A DNA stretch of 64,000 nucleotides from an uncultured Verrucomicrobiae bacterium (lineage in GTDB: Bacteria; Verrucomicrobiota; Verrucomicrobiia; Palsa-1439). The stretch's first letter is position 1. The number at the start of each line of letters is the position of its first letter. The stretch lies in NCBI GenBank assembly GCA_963812605.1, contig CAWEWF010000014.1, forward strand, positions 800,001 to 864,000, written 5' to 3'. Below are positions 63,048-64,000 of this stretch, piece after piece. The notes beneath the pieces are model-generated. The model had not been told where the DNA came from. It searched no databases and saw only the letters and a program-made list of their open reading frames with translations. A program made the position numbers and the translations under genes.

Positions 63048-64000
63048 ATGCAAACAAAACTTCTACCAGGCAATCGTCATACATGGGTTTTTACCGGCTG
63101 GATTCTCATTTTCTGCGCTTCAACGCCTTCAGTTTTGGCAACGTCATTTTATGCAGAAAAATTAAACGATCCAAAAGCTGTCTATCTTTCGCCGTCAGGC
63201 GGCGACGACACGGCTGCGCTGCAAAGCGCCGTGGACAAAGTTCAGGAAACGACGCGGCAAGGAATTGTTTTGCTCGCGCCGGGACAATATCACCTCAGCC
63301 ACACAATTTATATCTGGCCGGGCATCCGGCTGATTGGCTACGGTGCGAAACGTCCGGTGATTATTTTGCCCGCAAACACACCGGGCTTCGGCGATGCATT
63401 GCACGAAAATGTTCATGATGTTTTTTCGCCGGCAGGCGTCCGCGAAATGCTGGGGACCCTGTCTCCGACGCCAGCCCTGGCACTTTTTATTCGGCGCTCG
63501 CCAATCTTGATGTCGAAGTCGAGGATGGAAACCCGGGCGCGGTCGTCGTGCGGTCACACTATGCCCAGCACTGTTTTCTCGCGCACATGGATTTCCATCT
63601 CGGCTCCGCGCTGGCCGGCATCCACGAGGGCGGCAACGTGATCGAGGACGTTCATTTCTTCGGCGGAACCCACGCCATTTGGACGTCAAAACCTTCGCCC
63701 GGCTGGCAGTTCACACTCATTGACTGTTCCTTTGAAGGCCAACGCGAAGCCGCGATTCTCGAGCACGAAGCCGGACTTACGCTGATTCGTCCCCACTTCC
63801 AGAATGTCCCGACGGCGGTTGAGATTGAAACGGATTGGGCGGATGAACTTTGGGTCAAGGATGCGCGCCTGGAAGACATTTCCGGTCCGGCATTACTTTT
63901 CGGAATGGAAAAAAGTCCGCGCAACGAAATCAATCTGGAAGGCATCACTTGCAGCAATGCGCCGGTGTTTGCCGCGTTGCAAGACAGCGGAAAAAAGTTC
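63048..64000 (+). CDS. secreted pectate-lyase-3/GH28-related beta-helix protein, partial; frameshift near 63408-63426
   Basis: DDTAALQSAVD, GIRLIGYG; continues in another frame as PGTFYSALAN...HYAQHCFLAHMDF...SPGWQFT to the window end. Confidence 0.72.

Larger units (their letters stand above)
42990..64000. mobile_element. putative tRNA-integrated genomic island (right end and integrase not in window)
   Basis: tRNA fragment at the boundary, arm-site-like repeats, SRAP remnant, several gene fragments, accessory glycan cargo. Confidence 0.5.

Overview
GC-rich bacterial chromosome segment, most likely Verrucomicrobiota (PVC-type EF-Tu switch I, PATR and GloVer-type secreted proteins, DUF1559-type pilin). 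Several single-base frameshifts, including one in essential rpoC, suggest an imperfectly polished long-read assembly. 1-12.6 kb is the tRNA-Thr-tuf-rpmG-tRNA-Trp-secE-nusG-rplKAJL-rpoBC core operon. Next come glgC, glmS, a site-2 protease and tRNA-Leu. A higBA cassette bounded by 61-bp direct repeats sits beside a candidate structured ncRNA. Then follow a seven-gene RDD/SpoIIM/DUF58/MoxR/DUF4350/DUF4129 locus, a second toxin-antitoxin module, a secreted beta-propeller protein and a complete alternative complex III plus caa3 oxidase operon (30.9-42.9 kb). At 42.95 kb an orphan 5' half of tRNA-Ile(CAU), followed by four 11-bp repeats, marks the likely left edge of an integrated island. The island holds a glycan-utilisation-like locus with no SusC/SusD in the window: a pilin, a 2.4-kaa PATR adhesin without a beta-barrel, a beta-propeller sensor kinase with a NarL-type regulator, GH50- and GH79-like enzymes and gene remnants. 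A 19-bp operator repeated three times appears to tie it into one regulon. Family names are recognised from motifs by eye; no database searches were run.
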